From: an uncultured Collinsella sp.
GTDB lineage: Bacteria > Actinomycetota > Coriobacteriia > Coriobacteriales > Coriobacteriaceae
DNA: 64,000 nucleotides
Reading direction: 5' to 3'
Assembly: GCA_959596495.1 (NCBI GenBank)
Contig: CAUFXK010000001.1
Coordinates: 2,672-66,671 of the forward strand
The notes under the pieces were generated by a model that saw only the letters and a list, made by a program, of their open reading frames with translations, did not search any database and was not told the origin of the DNA. Below are positions 25,642-33,942 of this stretch, piece by piece. The position numbers were made by a program, and so were the translations under genes. Positions within the stretch are counted from its first letter, which is position 1. The number at the start of each line of letters is the position of its first letter.

Positions 25642-28071
25642 ATGCATACCCATACCACTGATACCGCTTCGAAAGAGCTCGACGCTCAGCGCGATCTTGT
25701 GCGCCGTCCGCGTAAGCGCATTGCCGCACTCGCTCTTGCCGCCGGTTTGACCGTGGCCCTTACCGTGCCCGGCGCCGTTGTATTCGCTGATGGCTTGGGG
25801 TCGACAAACGGGGCTTCGGCTGCGACCGAACAGGTCGCGACGAGCTCCAATAGCGCCGCGCCGGGTTACAAGAAAAACCAGGTCGTGTACGTTAAGACCG
25901 ATGCCGATGGTAATCGCACGGGCGTTTACGTGGTCAACAGCTTCGAGGCCAACAAGGGCGTCAAGATTGACGACTCCGGCACCTATGACAAGGTGACCAA
26001 TCTGTCGACGACTCAAAAGCTAACGGATGACAACGGGTCGGTTGCCGTTACAGGCCAGGGCGCGCAGGACTTTGTCTACCAGGGCGATCTGGACAAGAAC
26101 ACCCAGATGCCGTGGAACGTGACCGTGACATATCAGCTTGACGGTAAGGATATCGACGCCAAGGATCTGGCGGGCAAGAGCGGCAAGCTCACCATGAAGC
26201 TCAAGGTCGAAAAGAACGCGGACTATACCGGCGGCGATTATGCCGATAACTATCTGGTCCAGATTGCCGGCCAGCTTAAGGATACCGAAGCACACGATAT
26301 TGAGGCCGAGGGCGCCACGGTTGCAGCCAACGGCTCCAACACGCAGCTCACCTACATGGTGATTCCCGGTACCACCGGTGACTACACCATTACGACCGAT
26401 GTTGAGGACTTTGAGTTCGACGGCTGGCAGATTGTCGGCGTGCCGCTGAGCCTTGCCATCGATGTGGACTCAAGCAGCATGGATACGAGCCAGCTCGTGG
26501 AACTCTCTAACGGCATTGCCACGGCCAACAGCGGTGCGGGCCAGGTCGCCGACGGCGCCAAGACCCTCGCAGCCTCGCTCGCCACTGCCAATACCGGTGC
26601 CGGCACGCTGTCCAGTGGCGCTGCCACGCTTGCGGCGGGCACGAGCCAACTCAATGCGCAGGTTCCCACGCTGGTCGAAGGCGTGAGCAGCCTTAATACC
26701 GGTGCCGAGGGCGTTAATGCCGGCGCTGCAAAGCTCAAAGGCGGCGCGTCCGATCTTTCGACGGGCCTGACCAAGCTGCAGGGGAGTGCGCAGGAGATTT
26801 CGGGCGGCATCAGCGGAATTGCCGCCGGCTCTGATACGTTTGTTAATGCGCTGACGCTGGGCAAGCAGGATCAGGAGGAAAACCTTGCCAAGGCGCAGGT
26901 TGCAACCAAGACGGCGCAGGACGCCGTAACCGCTACGTCCGGTAACGCCTACGGCGCGCTGTACGGGCCGCAGGGCCTTACGGCGGCGCTCAATGGTGAG
27001 GGACAGTACCTTGCCGGCGCTCAGCAGGCGCTCGGCGGGGCGAAGCAGGTTGCAAGCGCCATGGGCAACGATGCCGCCAAGACCAACGCTGTAAGCGCTA
27101 AGGACGGCGCAGAGAGTGCCGCTGCGTCTATTGCTGCTGCCAAGGCAGCGGTCGCCGAGGCTCAGAACGCACTGGCGAATGCAGCCGACCTCGATGCCGC
27201 CAAGGCTGCGGCTGCCAAGCTAAGCGAGGCCACGGAGCAGCTGGATGCTGCCACCGCGAGCGCCGGTAGCGCTGCTGCCAGCGCGAGAGCGGCCGCCACA
27301 GCGGCTTCGGGTGCCGATGCGACGGGCCTTACCGCATATCTCGATGACGCGTCCAGCGCCGTTACGGGAGCCCAGGGCCTTAACGTCCAGGCGTCTCAGG
27401 GTCTAAAGGACGCCAAGCCCATGTTTGGCAAGCTTACCGACCAGGTTACGACGTTGGCTCAAGCGGCCGGCGCCCAGGGCGGCGCCCAGGGTGCCGTCGG
27501 CGCGCTCGATAGCGCCATTCAGGGCTACACTACCGTCCAGGATGGTCAGCAGCTGAGCCTGGCCAGGGCCATCGCCTATATGAACAGCGCGATCAACCCT
27601 GCAAGCCCCACGGCCGAGAACCCCGGTCTTGTCGCCGGCGTCGACTCTGCAGCCACGGGCGCGCGCCAGTTGAGCGACGGCGCCACGGCCCTTGCCGCGG
27701 GCACCGATCAGCTTGCCGCGGGCACGCAGCAGCTTAACGGTGCCACGCCCGCTCTCGCTAACGGCGTCTCGCAGCTTAATGGCGGTGCGGCGCAGCTCAA
27801 GGCGGGAGCAGCCACTCTTGCCAGCGGCATGAACCTCCTCTCGTCGGGTGCGGGTACGCTCGCCAGCGGCGCATCCGAGCTCGGCAGCGGTATGCAGGAG
27901 CTTACCGACCGTACGAGCGACCTCGATACCCAGGTCATCAACACCGTTAAGGACAAGATCGAGGAAATGCTCAACCCCAGCTTTACGCCGACGGACTTTG
28001 TTAACGGCGAGCAGGGCGGGCACATGAACCGCGTGCAGTTTGTCTATATGACGGGCGCCATTAGCAAGTAG
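25642..28071 (+). CDS. Secreted/membrane-anchored protein with YhgE/Pip-like X-X-X-Leu-X-X-Gly heptad repeats
   Basis: 809 aa. N-terminal anchor 'RIAALALAAGLTVALTVPGAVVFA', then a beta-rich domain. Two Ala/Gly-rich heptad blocks follow (e.g. GAKTLAASLATANTGAGTLSSGAATLAAGTSQLNAQ; GATALAAGTDQLAAGTQQLNGATPALANGVSQLNGGAAQLKAG). It starts 33 nt after the MMPL gene. Confidence 0.6.
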   Translation: MHTHTTDTASKELDAQRDLVRRPRKRIAALALAAGLTVALTVPGAVVFADGLGSTNGASAATEQVATSSNSAAPGYKKNQVVYVKTDADGNRTGVYVVNSFEANKGVKIDDSGTYDKVTNLSTTQKLTDDNGSVAVTGQGAQDFVYQGDLDKNTQMPWNVTVTYQLDGKDIDAKDLAGKSGKLTMKLKVEKNADYTGGDYADNYLVQIAGQLKDTEAHDIEAEGATVAANGSNTQLTYMVIPGTTGDYTITTDVEDFEFDGWQIVGVPLSLAIDVDSSSMDTSQLVELSNGIATANSGAGQVADGAKTLAASLATANTGAGTLSSGAATLAAGTSQLNAQVPTLVEGVSSLNTGAEGVNAGAAKLKGGASDLSTGLTKLQGSAQEISGGISGIAAGSDTFVNALTLGKQDQEENLAKAQVATKTAQDAVTATSGNAYGALYGPQGLTAALNGEGQYLAGAQQALGGAKQVASAMGNDAAKTNAVSAKDGAESAAASIAAAKAAVAEAQNALANAADLDAAKAAAAKLSEATEQLDAATASAGSAAASARAAATAASGADATGLTAYLDDASSAVTGAQGLNVQASQGLKDAKPMFGKLTDQVTTLAQAAGAQGGAQGAVGALDSAIQGYTTVQDGQQLSLARAIAYMNSAINPASPTAENPGLVAGVDSAATGARQLSDGATALAAGTDQLAAGTQQLNGATPALANGVSQLNGGAAQLKAGAATLASGMNLLSSGAGTLASGASELGSGMQELTDRTSDLDTQVINTVKDKIEEMLNPSFTPTDFVNGEQGGHMNRVQFVYMTGAISK

Positions 28072-28178
28072 GCAGCCATGCCCTTGTGGCGATTGGCATC
28101 GATAGCAAGTTTTGAGGGGTCGTCGGGCAGCGTCTCGACGGCCCCTCTTTGCTGCCGGCAGCTCCTACTGCCTCTCTG

Positions 28179-28445
28179 CGGAAAGTGCGTCCCGGAATTT
28201 GGCTCCAGAGTGGGACACGCTTTCCGGAACGGTTCTCATCCGGAAGCTGCGACCCGGAATCGACGCCCAGAATGGGACGCAGTTTCCGCCAGTCGCTCGT
28301 TTGGAAAATGCATCCCAGTTTGAGCGTCTATTCCGGGATGCCGTTTCCGCCGAAGGCCTCAACCGGAAAGCCCGTCCCACTCTGAACCCCGATTCCGGGA
28401 CGCGCTTTCCGCCGAAGGCCTCAAGCGGAAAGCGTGTCCCAGATT
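28179..28445. repeat. 62-bp hairpin tandem repeat, array 2 (4 units plus a truncated 5th)
   Basis: Units start at 28179, 28241, ~28302, 28364 and 28426 (the last is truncated after CGGAAAGCGTGTCCCAGATT). Same consensus and orientation as array 1. Confidence 0.95.
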
Positions 28446-28491
28446 GGCGGGCGTGAGGGCGCAGGTGTGGACGACTTGTCGCTCAACAGCC

Positions 28492-29490
28492 CTACAGGTC
28501 CACCTCGTTGAGCCATGTTGGCAGCGCGGTTTGCCTGACGCCTGCTGTCTGCAGCTTTTTCGCGAGCACTCCTGCCGAGCGGACCTCGTTCATGGTAAAA
28601 CGCAGCAGAGGGTGACCGTAAAGCGACAGATGCGCTTCGCGTTGCCGCTCTGCAACGAGCACCTCGGCCGCGGTTTGCCCGGCGAGTATGGTCTGGTCGG
28701 TATATTTGATGAGCCCGTCGAGCTCGCCCAGCGTGAGTTCCCGCGCCTGGCGCTTCCAGGCAAAGTCCGTTCGTATGGGTTTGGCCGAATCGAAGGGATC
28801 CGTTAGCTCGTATTGAAGCCAGTCGGGCGCAAAACCGGTCTCGATCATGACGGCTCGGGCGACCGATTCCCCGCCGCTCTCGGCGCGGACGTCGGCATAT
28901 CGAAGCGTTGTGAGGGCCGTACGAATCGCGCGATCATTGCGGGCGGTCGCTCGTTGCTCGACGGCCTCCATCAACTGCTCTCGCGTAAGACCGAGCTTTG
29001 AGATCGCCGAATCGGCAATGGGCATGCCGTCGGCAAAACCAGTTTGGAGCAGGCAATCTGTGGCCGTTTGGATAGGCGGCGTTACCGATATGCCGGCTCT
29101 GTGTATTGCTCCGGCCGGCTCAATCTGGTGCCGCTGAATATGCGCGCCCGGGCGAGCCGACGGCTTTGTGGCGCTGCAGACATGCACGACGTTCAGATGC
29201 CGCCACGAGACCTCGAGCCCCAGCAGGCAGGCGGCCGAAAACGAGCAGAACGTCCAATCGGGGTGGATGATCGCAAGGGCGCGAATAATCTCGCAATGAC
29301 GCTGCGCCCGGTTGAGCTCATCCCAGCGCATTTTGCGCGCGAACAATCCCGGCATGGGGGAGACGACCATGCTGCCGATGCGCCGAAGGAGCGCTTTTCG
29401 GATCGCCGCACTCGGGGGAATCAGACAGCGCCCCTCTTGTTCGGCTTGGTTCAACAGCTGGTCGATGAGTTGGTCATTGCAATGGGTCAT
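28492..29490 (-). CDS. AbiEi-like N-terminal domain / DUF559 (Vsr-like PD-(D/E)XK) C-terminal domain protein
   Basis: 332 aa with a strong SD (AAAAGGAGG). 'FCSFSAACLLGLEV' resembles the AbiEi_4-type 'SH-SAA-LHGL' motif. The C-terminal 'SGGESVARAVMIETGF...RTDFAW...LGELDGLIKY' resembles the DUF559 E...D...E-DG-K pattern. No partner toxin gene is adjacent. Confidence 0.5.
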   Translation of the reverse strand: MTHCNDQLIDQLLNQAEQEGRCLIPPSAAIRKALLRRIGSMVVSPMPGLFARKMRWDELNRAQRHCEIIRALAIIHPDWTFCSFSAACLLGLEVSWRHLNVVHVCSATKPSARPGAHIQRHQIEPAGAIHRAGISVTPPIQTATDCLLQTGFADGMPIADSAISKLGLTREQLMEAVEQRATARNDRAIRTALTTLRYADVRAESGGESVARAVMIETGFAPDWLQYELTDPFDSAKPIRTDFAWKRQARELTLGELDGLIKYTDQTILAGQTAAEVLVAERQREAHLSLYGHPLLRFTMNEVRSAGVLAKKLQTAGVRQTALPTWLNEVDL

Positions 29491-29784
29491 GAGCTACCGC
29501 CTCCTTTTGGGTAGCAAAAACGTATCAGCTGGAACTTGCCTCTCAGCTGACCAAAAGCTGACCAAAATCTAACCATGCAGGTAGGTGGCCTGTTTTCGGC
29601 GACATTTTTTGAAGCTGAATCGGTGGGCGGTAATCGGCGACCGTGAACGGTAGCGTGTTATGAAGCCTTGGTAAGTTTCGGGACGTGTACTTTTTGAAAA
29701 AGAGCATTCTATCTGCTGTTTTGTGTTTCTGGATCGCATGTTTGAAGGCCTGTGATAAGGGTGGCGAATCGTCGTCTGTGTCGG

Positions 29785-29895
29785 CGGAAACTGTGACCCG
29801 GAATTGCCGCTCAGAACGGGACGCGCTTTCCGAATGGCATGTTTGGCGGAAGCTACGGCCCAGTTTTTTGCACCAGAACGGGATACATTTTCCGG
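29785..29895. repeat. 62-bp hairpin tandem repeat, array 3 (2 units)
   Basis: Units start at 29785 and 29847 (CGGAAACTGTGACCCGGAATTGCCGCTCAGAACGGGACGCGCTTTCCG...). Confidence 0.9.
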
Positions 29896-29950
29896 AACGG
29901 TTCGCGTGCGGTGGTGTACCGCCCCTTTTGCGTGCGCCACTTGTCGAATT

Positions 29951-30002
29951 ACGTTATAGCTAGCTATATTATAGGAAGGTATAATATAGCTAGCTATAAC
30001 GT
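29951..30002. promoter_or_regulatory. Perfect 23-bp inverted repeat (operator/hairpin candidate) 17 nt upstream of the DUF234 ATPase start
   Basis: ACGTTATAGCTAGCTATATTATA - GGAAGG - TATAATATAGCTAGCTATAACGT. It is AT-rich, contains TATAAT-like hexamers and is unlike the surrounding GC-rich DNA. Confidence 0.6.
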
Positions 30003-30019
30003 AAAGGAAGGATAGCACT

Positions 30020-31399
30020 ATGTTTATCGGAAGAACAGCGGAAATGTCCGAGCTCAATCGTCTGTATGGCACGGGCTCCTTTGAGATGCCTGTGATTTAC
30101 GGGCGTCGTCGTGTGGGCAAAACCCGCCTTATCACAGAGTTCATTCAAGGCAAGAATGCTATTTACTTTCAAGCTCGTCGTACCAATGCAGAGGCAAACC
30201 TGCACGGCTTTAGCCAGGCGATACTTGCAGGCTCGGTTGGTGCTGCAGGCGTGTCGTTTCGTAGCTTTGACGAGGCGCTCGATGCATTGGCCACCATGGC
30301 TCGCACGGAACGTTTGATTGTCGTGATTGACGAGTATCCCTATCTCGCCCAATCGAATCCCGAGATCAGCTCGTTGCTGCAAGACAAGATCGATCACCTG
30401 TACAAAGAGACCAAGCTCATGCTGATTCTATGCGGCTCGTCTCTTTCGTTTATGGAGGAACAGGTATTGGGCTACGAGAGCCCACTATACGGTAGGCGTA
30501 CGGCCCAGTTTAAGATCATGCCGCTCGATTTTACGACGACCCTCGGCCTGTGGCAGAGCATGGGTCGCGAAGACGCAGCGGTTTGCTATGGCATGACGGG
30601 CGGCATTCCTGCATATATCGAGAAAGTCGATCCTACCGTATCGCTCAAGGGCAACATCAAGCGTCTTTTTCTTACCCCTACGGGTTATCTCTTTGAAGAG
30701 CCGAGTAACCTGCTATTGCAAGAGTGCCGCAATCCCGAGCAATATGATGCGATCGTGCAAGCAATTGCTCAGGGGCGCTCGAAGATCTCGGAGATTGCGA
30801 GCTCTACGGGAATCCCTGCGAGCAACGTAAAGAGCTATGTGGATAAGCTGGCGTCGCTTGGGATTGTCGAGCGCGAGCTGCCCCTAAACGAGACGAGCAA
30901 TAAGCGAGCCGTGTATCTGCTGAGCGACCAGATGTTTAGGTTCTGGTACAAGTTTGTTCCGCAGAACATCGGGCTGATTCAAAACGATATGGCCGAGATG
31001 GCGTATAAGCGCATTGAGCCGCACGTATCGGATTACATGGGTACGGTCTTTGAGCTCATATGCAGACAATATGTGTACGAACTCGCGCGCGCGGGCCAGC
31101 TCGATGTGGTTCCGGCGAGCGTCGGGCGCTGGTGGGGGACGGATAATCGCACGCATACGCAGGAAGAAATCGACTTGATTGTTGACGATGGCGAGGGCAC
31201 TGCTCTGTTTGCGGAGTGCAAATGGCGCAATGAACCGGTGGGCGAAGACGTGCTGCAAAAGCTCGTGCACCGAAGCGAGCTCTTTAGACGGCAACGAAAA
31301 AGCTATGCACTATTCTCAAAAAGCGGCTTTACGCAGGGATGTCGGGATGCCGCGGAGAGTAGGGGAGACGTCAAGCTGATCTCGTTTGCCGAGATGTGA
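30020..31399 (+). CDS. AAA-type ATPase (archaeal-ATPase fold) with C-terminal DUF234
   Basis: 459 aa. 'FIGRTAEMSELNRLY', Walker A 'GRRRVGKT', Walker B 'IVVIDEYPYL', and C-terminal 'EEIDLIVDDGEGTALFAECKW' typical of DUF234. Confidence 0.75.
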   Translation: MFIGRTAEMSELNRLYGTGSFEMPVIYGRRRVGKTRLITEFIQGKNAIYFQARRTNAEANLHGFSQAILAGSVGAAGVSFRSFDEALDALATMARTERLIVVIDEYPYLAQSNPEISSLLQDKIDHLYKETKLMLILCGSSLSFMEEQVLGYESPLYGRRTAQFKIMPLDFTTTLGLWQSMGREDAAVCYGMTGGIPAYIEKVDPTVSLKGNIKRLFLTPTGYLFEEPSNLLLQECRNPEQYDAIVQAIAQGRSKISEIASSTGIPASNVKSYVDKLASLGIVERELPLNETSNKRAVYLLSDQMFRFWYKFVPQNIGLIQNDMAEMAYKRIEPHVSDYMGTVFELICRQYVYELARAGQLDVVPASVGRWWGTDNRTHTQEEIDLIVDDGEGTALFAECKWRNEPVGEDVLQKLVHRSELFRRQRKSYALFSKSGFTQGCRDAAESRGDVKLISFAEM

Positions 31400-31505
31400 G
31401 GACGGGGTAGCTCTGCTCGAGGGCAAGAGCCTGTCCTCGAATTGCTGGAATAGGGCCCATTCTTTTGTCGTGTTGGCTGTCGGCGGAATGCCGGCGGAAA
31501 GCCTG

Positions 31506-31707
31506 CGGAAAGCGTGTCCCAGATTTCGGCCCCAGAGTGGGATGCCGTTTCCGAATCGGCCCTCAAGCGATCCCCGGCGTCCCAGATTATGGCTCCAAAC
31601 CGGGGTGCGCTTTCCCAGCGGTGCCTCTACCGGAAACCGCATCCCGGATTCGACGCTCGGAATGGGATTCGTTTTCCGGCAGAGGCCTCAAGTGGAACAT
31701 GCGCCCC
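31506..31707. repeat. 62-bp hairpin tandem repeat, array 4 (3 units plus partial)
   Basis: Units start at 31506, 31568 and 31631, with a partial unit at 31692. The first 20 nt of unit 1 are identical to the truncated last unit of array 2. Confidence 0.95.
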
Positions 31708-31780
31708 AGGACCCGCAACGGCGCCGCCACGCAACTTTGTGTCCGCGCGGGCGGCTATGTTTACTGCAACGTAGCCATTC

Positions 31781-32440
31781 GTGGAAAGGACGGATGCCGT
31801 GGCAACGGATAAGACCGGTTATGTGAGCGTTGGTGCACAGATCGAGGATAAGGCCATGCCCGATCTCGTGATCTTTAGCATTGGCTTTGGCGGCCGCTTT
31901 GATAGCAAGGAGGCGTGCCTGGACGATTACAACGCCGATCGCGCCAAGGTCGCTGCCGCGCTGGCGCCCTTTGGTCTGGATGATGAGTTAACATGTCGCC
32001 GGTACACCTGCTATGCGCAGACGACGCGCAAAAGGGCAATCATCGTGGGCTACGACTACTATGCGTACGGCACGGTTGCCGCGCCTGTCGATTCGATTGA
32101 CTGTGCGGCTGTGTGGACGGCGCTCAACGCCTGCGGATCGCATGCCGACATGAACGTTCGATTTGAACTTGCAGATGAGCGCGCGGCGGAGGACGTCCTG
32201 ATTGCCCGCGCTGTCGAGCGCGCTCGCGGTAATGCGCAGGCGCTTGCTGCGGCGGCGGGGACTGAGCTGGGCGGCATCAAGCATATCTCGTATAACAGCC
32301 GACCGGGGGATTATGGCAGGGTGTACTGCGCTGCCATGGGCGTTCCCGATGGGGCATCCGGAGGCCTTGAGGAAACGGTGCTGGATCCGGAACCCATCGA
32401 GGTCGAGTGCTCCGTCGACGTCGAGTGGTGGCTGGAATAG
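31781..32440 (+). CDS. SIMPL-domain (DUF541/BP26-like) protein
   Basis: 219 aa, GTG start. It opens with '…GYVSVGAQIEDKAMPDLVIFSIGF' and closes with '…PEPIEVECSVDVEWWL', following the SIMPL pattern (V-x-G-x-A…PD-x-A…; C-terminal beta strands). No signal peptide is seen. Confidence 0.5.
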   Translation: MERTDAVATDKTGYVSVGAQIEDKAMPDLVIFSIGFGGRFDSKEACLDDYNADRAKVAAALAPFGLDDELTCRRYTCYAQTTRKRAIIVGYDYYAYGTVAAPVDSIDCAAVWTALNACGSHADMNVRFELADERAAEDVLIARAVERARGNAQALAAAAGTELGGIKHISYNSRPGDYGRVYCAAMGVPDGASGGLEETVLDPEPIEVECSVDVEWWLE

Positions 32441-32582
32441 CGGACGAGTCGGGCGAGCGTTGAGCCTTCATGACTGAAAAACCATTTGTTAAACCTGGCA
32501 CTCGTGGGTAGAATAAAGCTGACGGCAGCCCAAGTGGTGGAAAGCTGGGCAGCGCCGTTACTCACTTTAAGGGGTCAATGCT

Positions 32583-32708
32583 TTAACGGCGTCGACCCCT
32601 CTTGTTTTGCTTCGAACACTGCTTGAGTGCCTCGGAAAGCCCGATAAGCGCCGTGAGGAGCGAGGCCAGAGCGGTCAGGAGCCTCACGAAATCAATCAGA
32701 TCGGTCAT
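32583..32708 (-). CDS. Unlisted 41-aa hydrophobic/basic peptide (type I toxin- or holin-like small membrane protein candidate)
   Basis: Minus-strand ATG at 32708 lies 6 nt after GGGAGGTG. Translation: MTDLIDFVRLLTALASLLTALIGLSEALKQCSKQNKRGRRR*. It has one hydrophobic helix plus a Lys/Arg tail. The stop is embedded in a stem-loop (GGGGTC...GACCCC, about 32571-32599). It is too short for the ORF track. Confidence 0.3.
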   Translation of the reverse strand: MTDLIDFVRLLTALASLLTALIGLSEALKQCSKQNKRGRRR

Positions 32709-32984
32709 GGGCATCACCTCCCATCGTATGGAGGGCGCTGCCCGGCACATGAACTGCCGTCAACAACAACTATTCTATCAAATCGCAGCTAGAAATACGA
32801 ATATATGTTCGCTTATAATGGGGCATCGGGCTGCTGACTCTTTTAGGGCTATCCATACCGTGTGCAGACATCGGGCGCGGCGTTGCGGTACGTTTCATGT
32901 CCGCACGGGCGCCTATCCTTACGGCAATGTAGCCGCCTATGTAGCTATGTAGCAAGCGGCAGGCAACGGAGAAAGGCCATAACC

Positions 32985-33719
32985 GTGTCAGCTGAAAAGA
33001 CGCCGTGTATCTCGGCTATCGATACGACGAACTTTGCGCGCCAGATTGTGCTGGATTTTGAGTTTGCGCCGGTGCCAAAGCAGCGCCAGCGCCGTGGACT
33101 GCGCAACGAGATTATCGAGGTCGGCGCCGTCAAGCTCGATTACCACGGCAACGTTATGGGCGAGTTCTCGCAGTTTGTACAGACGGAATTTACCGAAGGC
33201 GTTGCGTTTCCCGTCCGCGAGCTCACAGGGATATCGGCCGTGGACACCGCGATGGCCGATCCGCTCTACACGGTGATCAAAAGGCTCAGCGATTGGATCG
33301 GTCGCTACTCCGCCCAGGTGGTTTGCTGGAGCGGGGCGGATCGTCGACAGCTTTTGACCGAATGCCAGGCAAAGCACATCGATTTTTCCGCATTTCCTAC
33401 GGGCTGGGCCGACCTGCAGGCGTTTTACACCTCGATCATGGACGTGGGTAGCCACGGGCGCGTCTCTTTGAGTGACGCGGCAACGTGGTTTGGTATCGAG
33501 TTCGACGAGTCGACGGGCCACGCCCACAGCGCCCTGGCCGATGCGCGTGTAACCGCCAAGTTGCTCAAGCAGATGATGGAGGGTGACTATCACGTGAGTC
33601 CGCGCGTCCAGGAAGTCCGCCAACGGTGGGGGATAGGCGAGCGAACCCAGACGCGCCTTTCCAGCAAGTGCCCCGAGCTGGGTGACCTGCTGCTAAAGCT
33701 GAAGGCGGAGGGGAGGTAG
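32985..33719 (+). CDS. DEDDh (DnaQ-like) 3'-5' exonuclease domain protein
   Basis: Exo I 'IVLDFEF', Exo II region 'VVCWSGADRRQL', Exo III 'HSALADARVTAKL' (H-x4-D). GTG 32985 lies 8 nt after GGAGAAAGG. The upstream part of ORF 32862..33719 is Arg/Cys-rich and unlikely to be coding. Confidence 0.7.
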   Translation: MSAEKTPCISAIDTTNFARQIVLDFEFAPVPKQRQRRGLRNEIIEVGAVKLDYHGNVMGEFSQFVQTEFTEGVAFPVRELTGISAVDTAMADPLYTVIKRLSDWIGRYSAQVVCWSGADRRQLLTECQAKHIDFSAFPTGWADLQAFYTSIMDVGSHGRVSLSDAATWFGIEFDESTGHAHSALADARVTAKLLKQMMEGDYHVSPRVQEVRQRWGIGERTQTRLSSKCPELGDLLLKLKAEGR

Positions 33720-33942
33720 GAGGCTCATTTGGCGACAAGCGGACGGAATGGTTGCGCGAAGGATTCTAGGATCAGCAGCAGAAGACTGCGTTTGGGATCC
33801 TACTCAAGGACGCGCTGACACTCGCTGGGACCAAGCAGGTCAAGAGCGTGGACATCGAGATGGCTTCCATTATCGAAGAGCGGCTTGCTAACATGATTCG
33901 CTGGACGGATAGGCAGAGACCCGTGACGCTGCGTGCGTCATC

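Noticed and set aside
23042-31707. The 62-bp periodic arrays as CRISPR arrays
   Set aside because: - The period fits a repeat-plus-spacer layout, but the whole 62-bp unit is conserved and degenerate.
- The two conserved blocks are inverse complements of each other.
- There are no unique spacers, and no cas genes are in the window.
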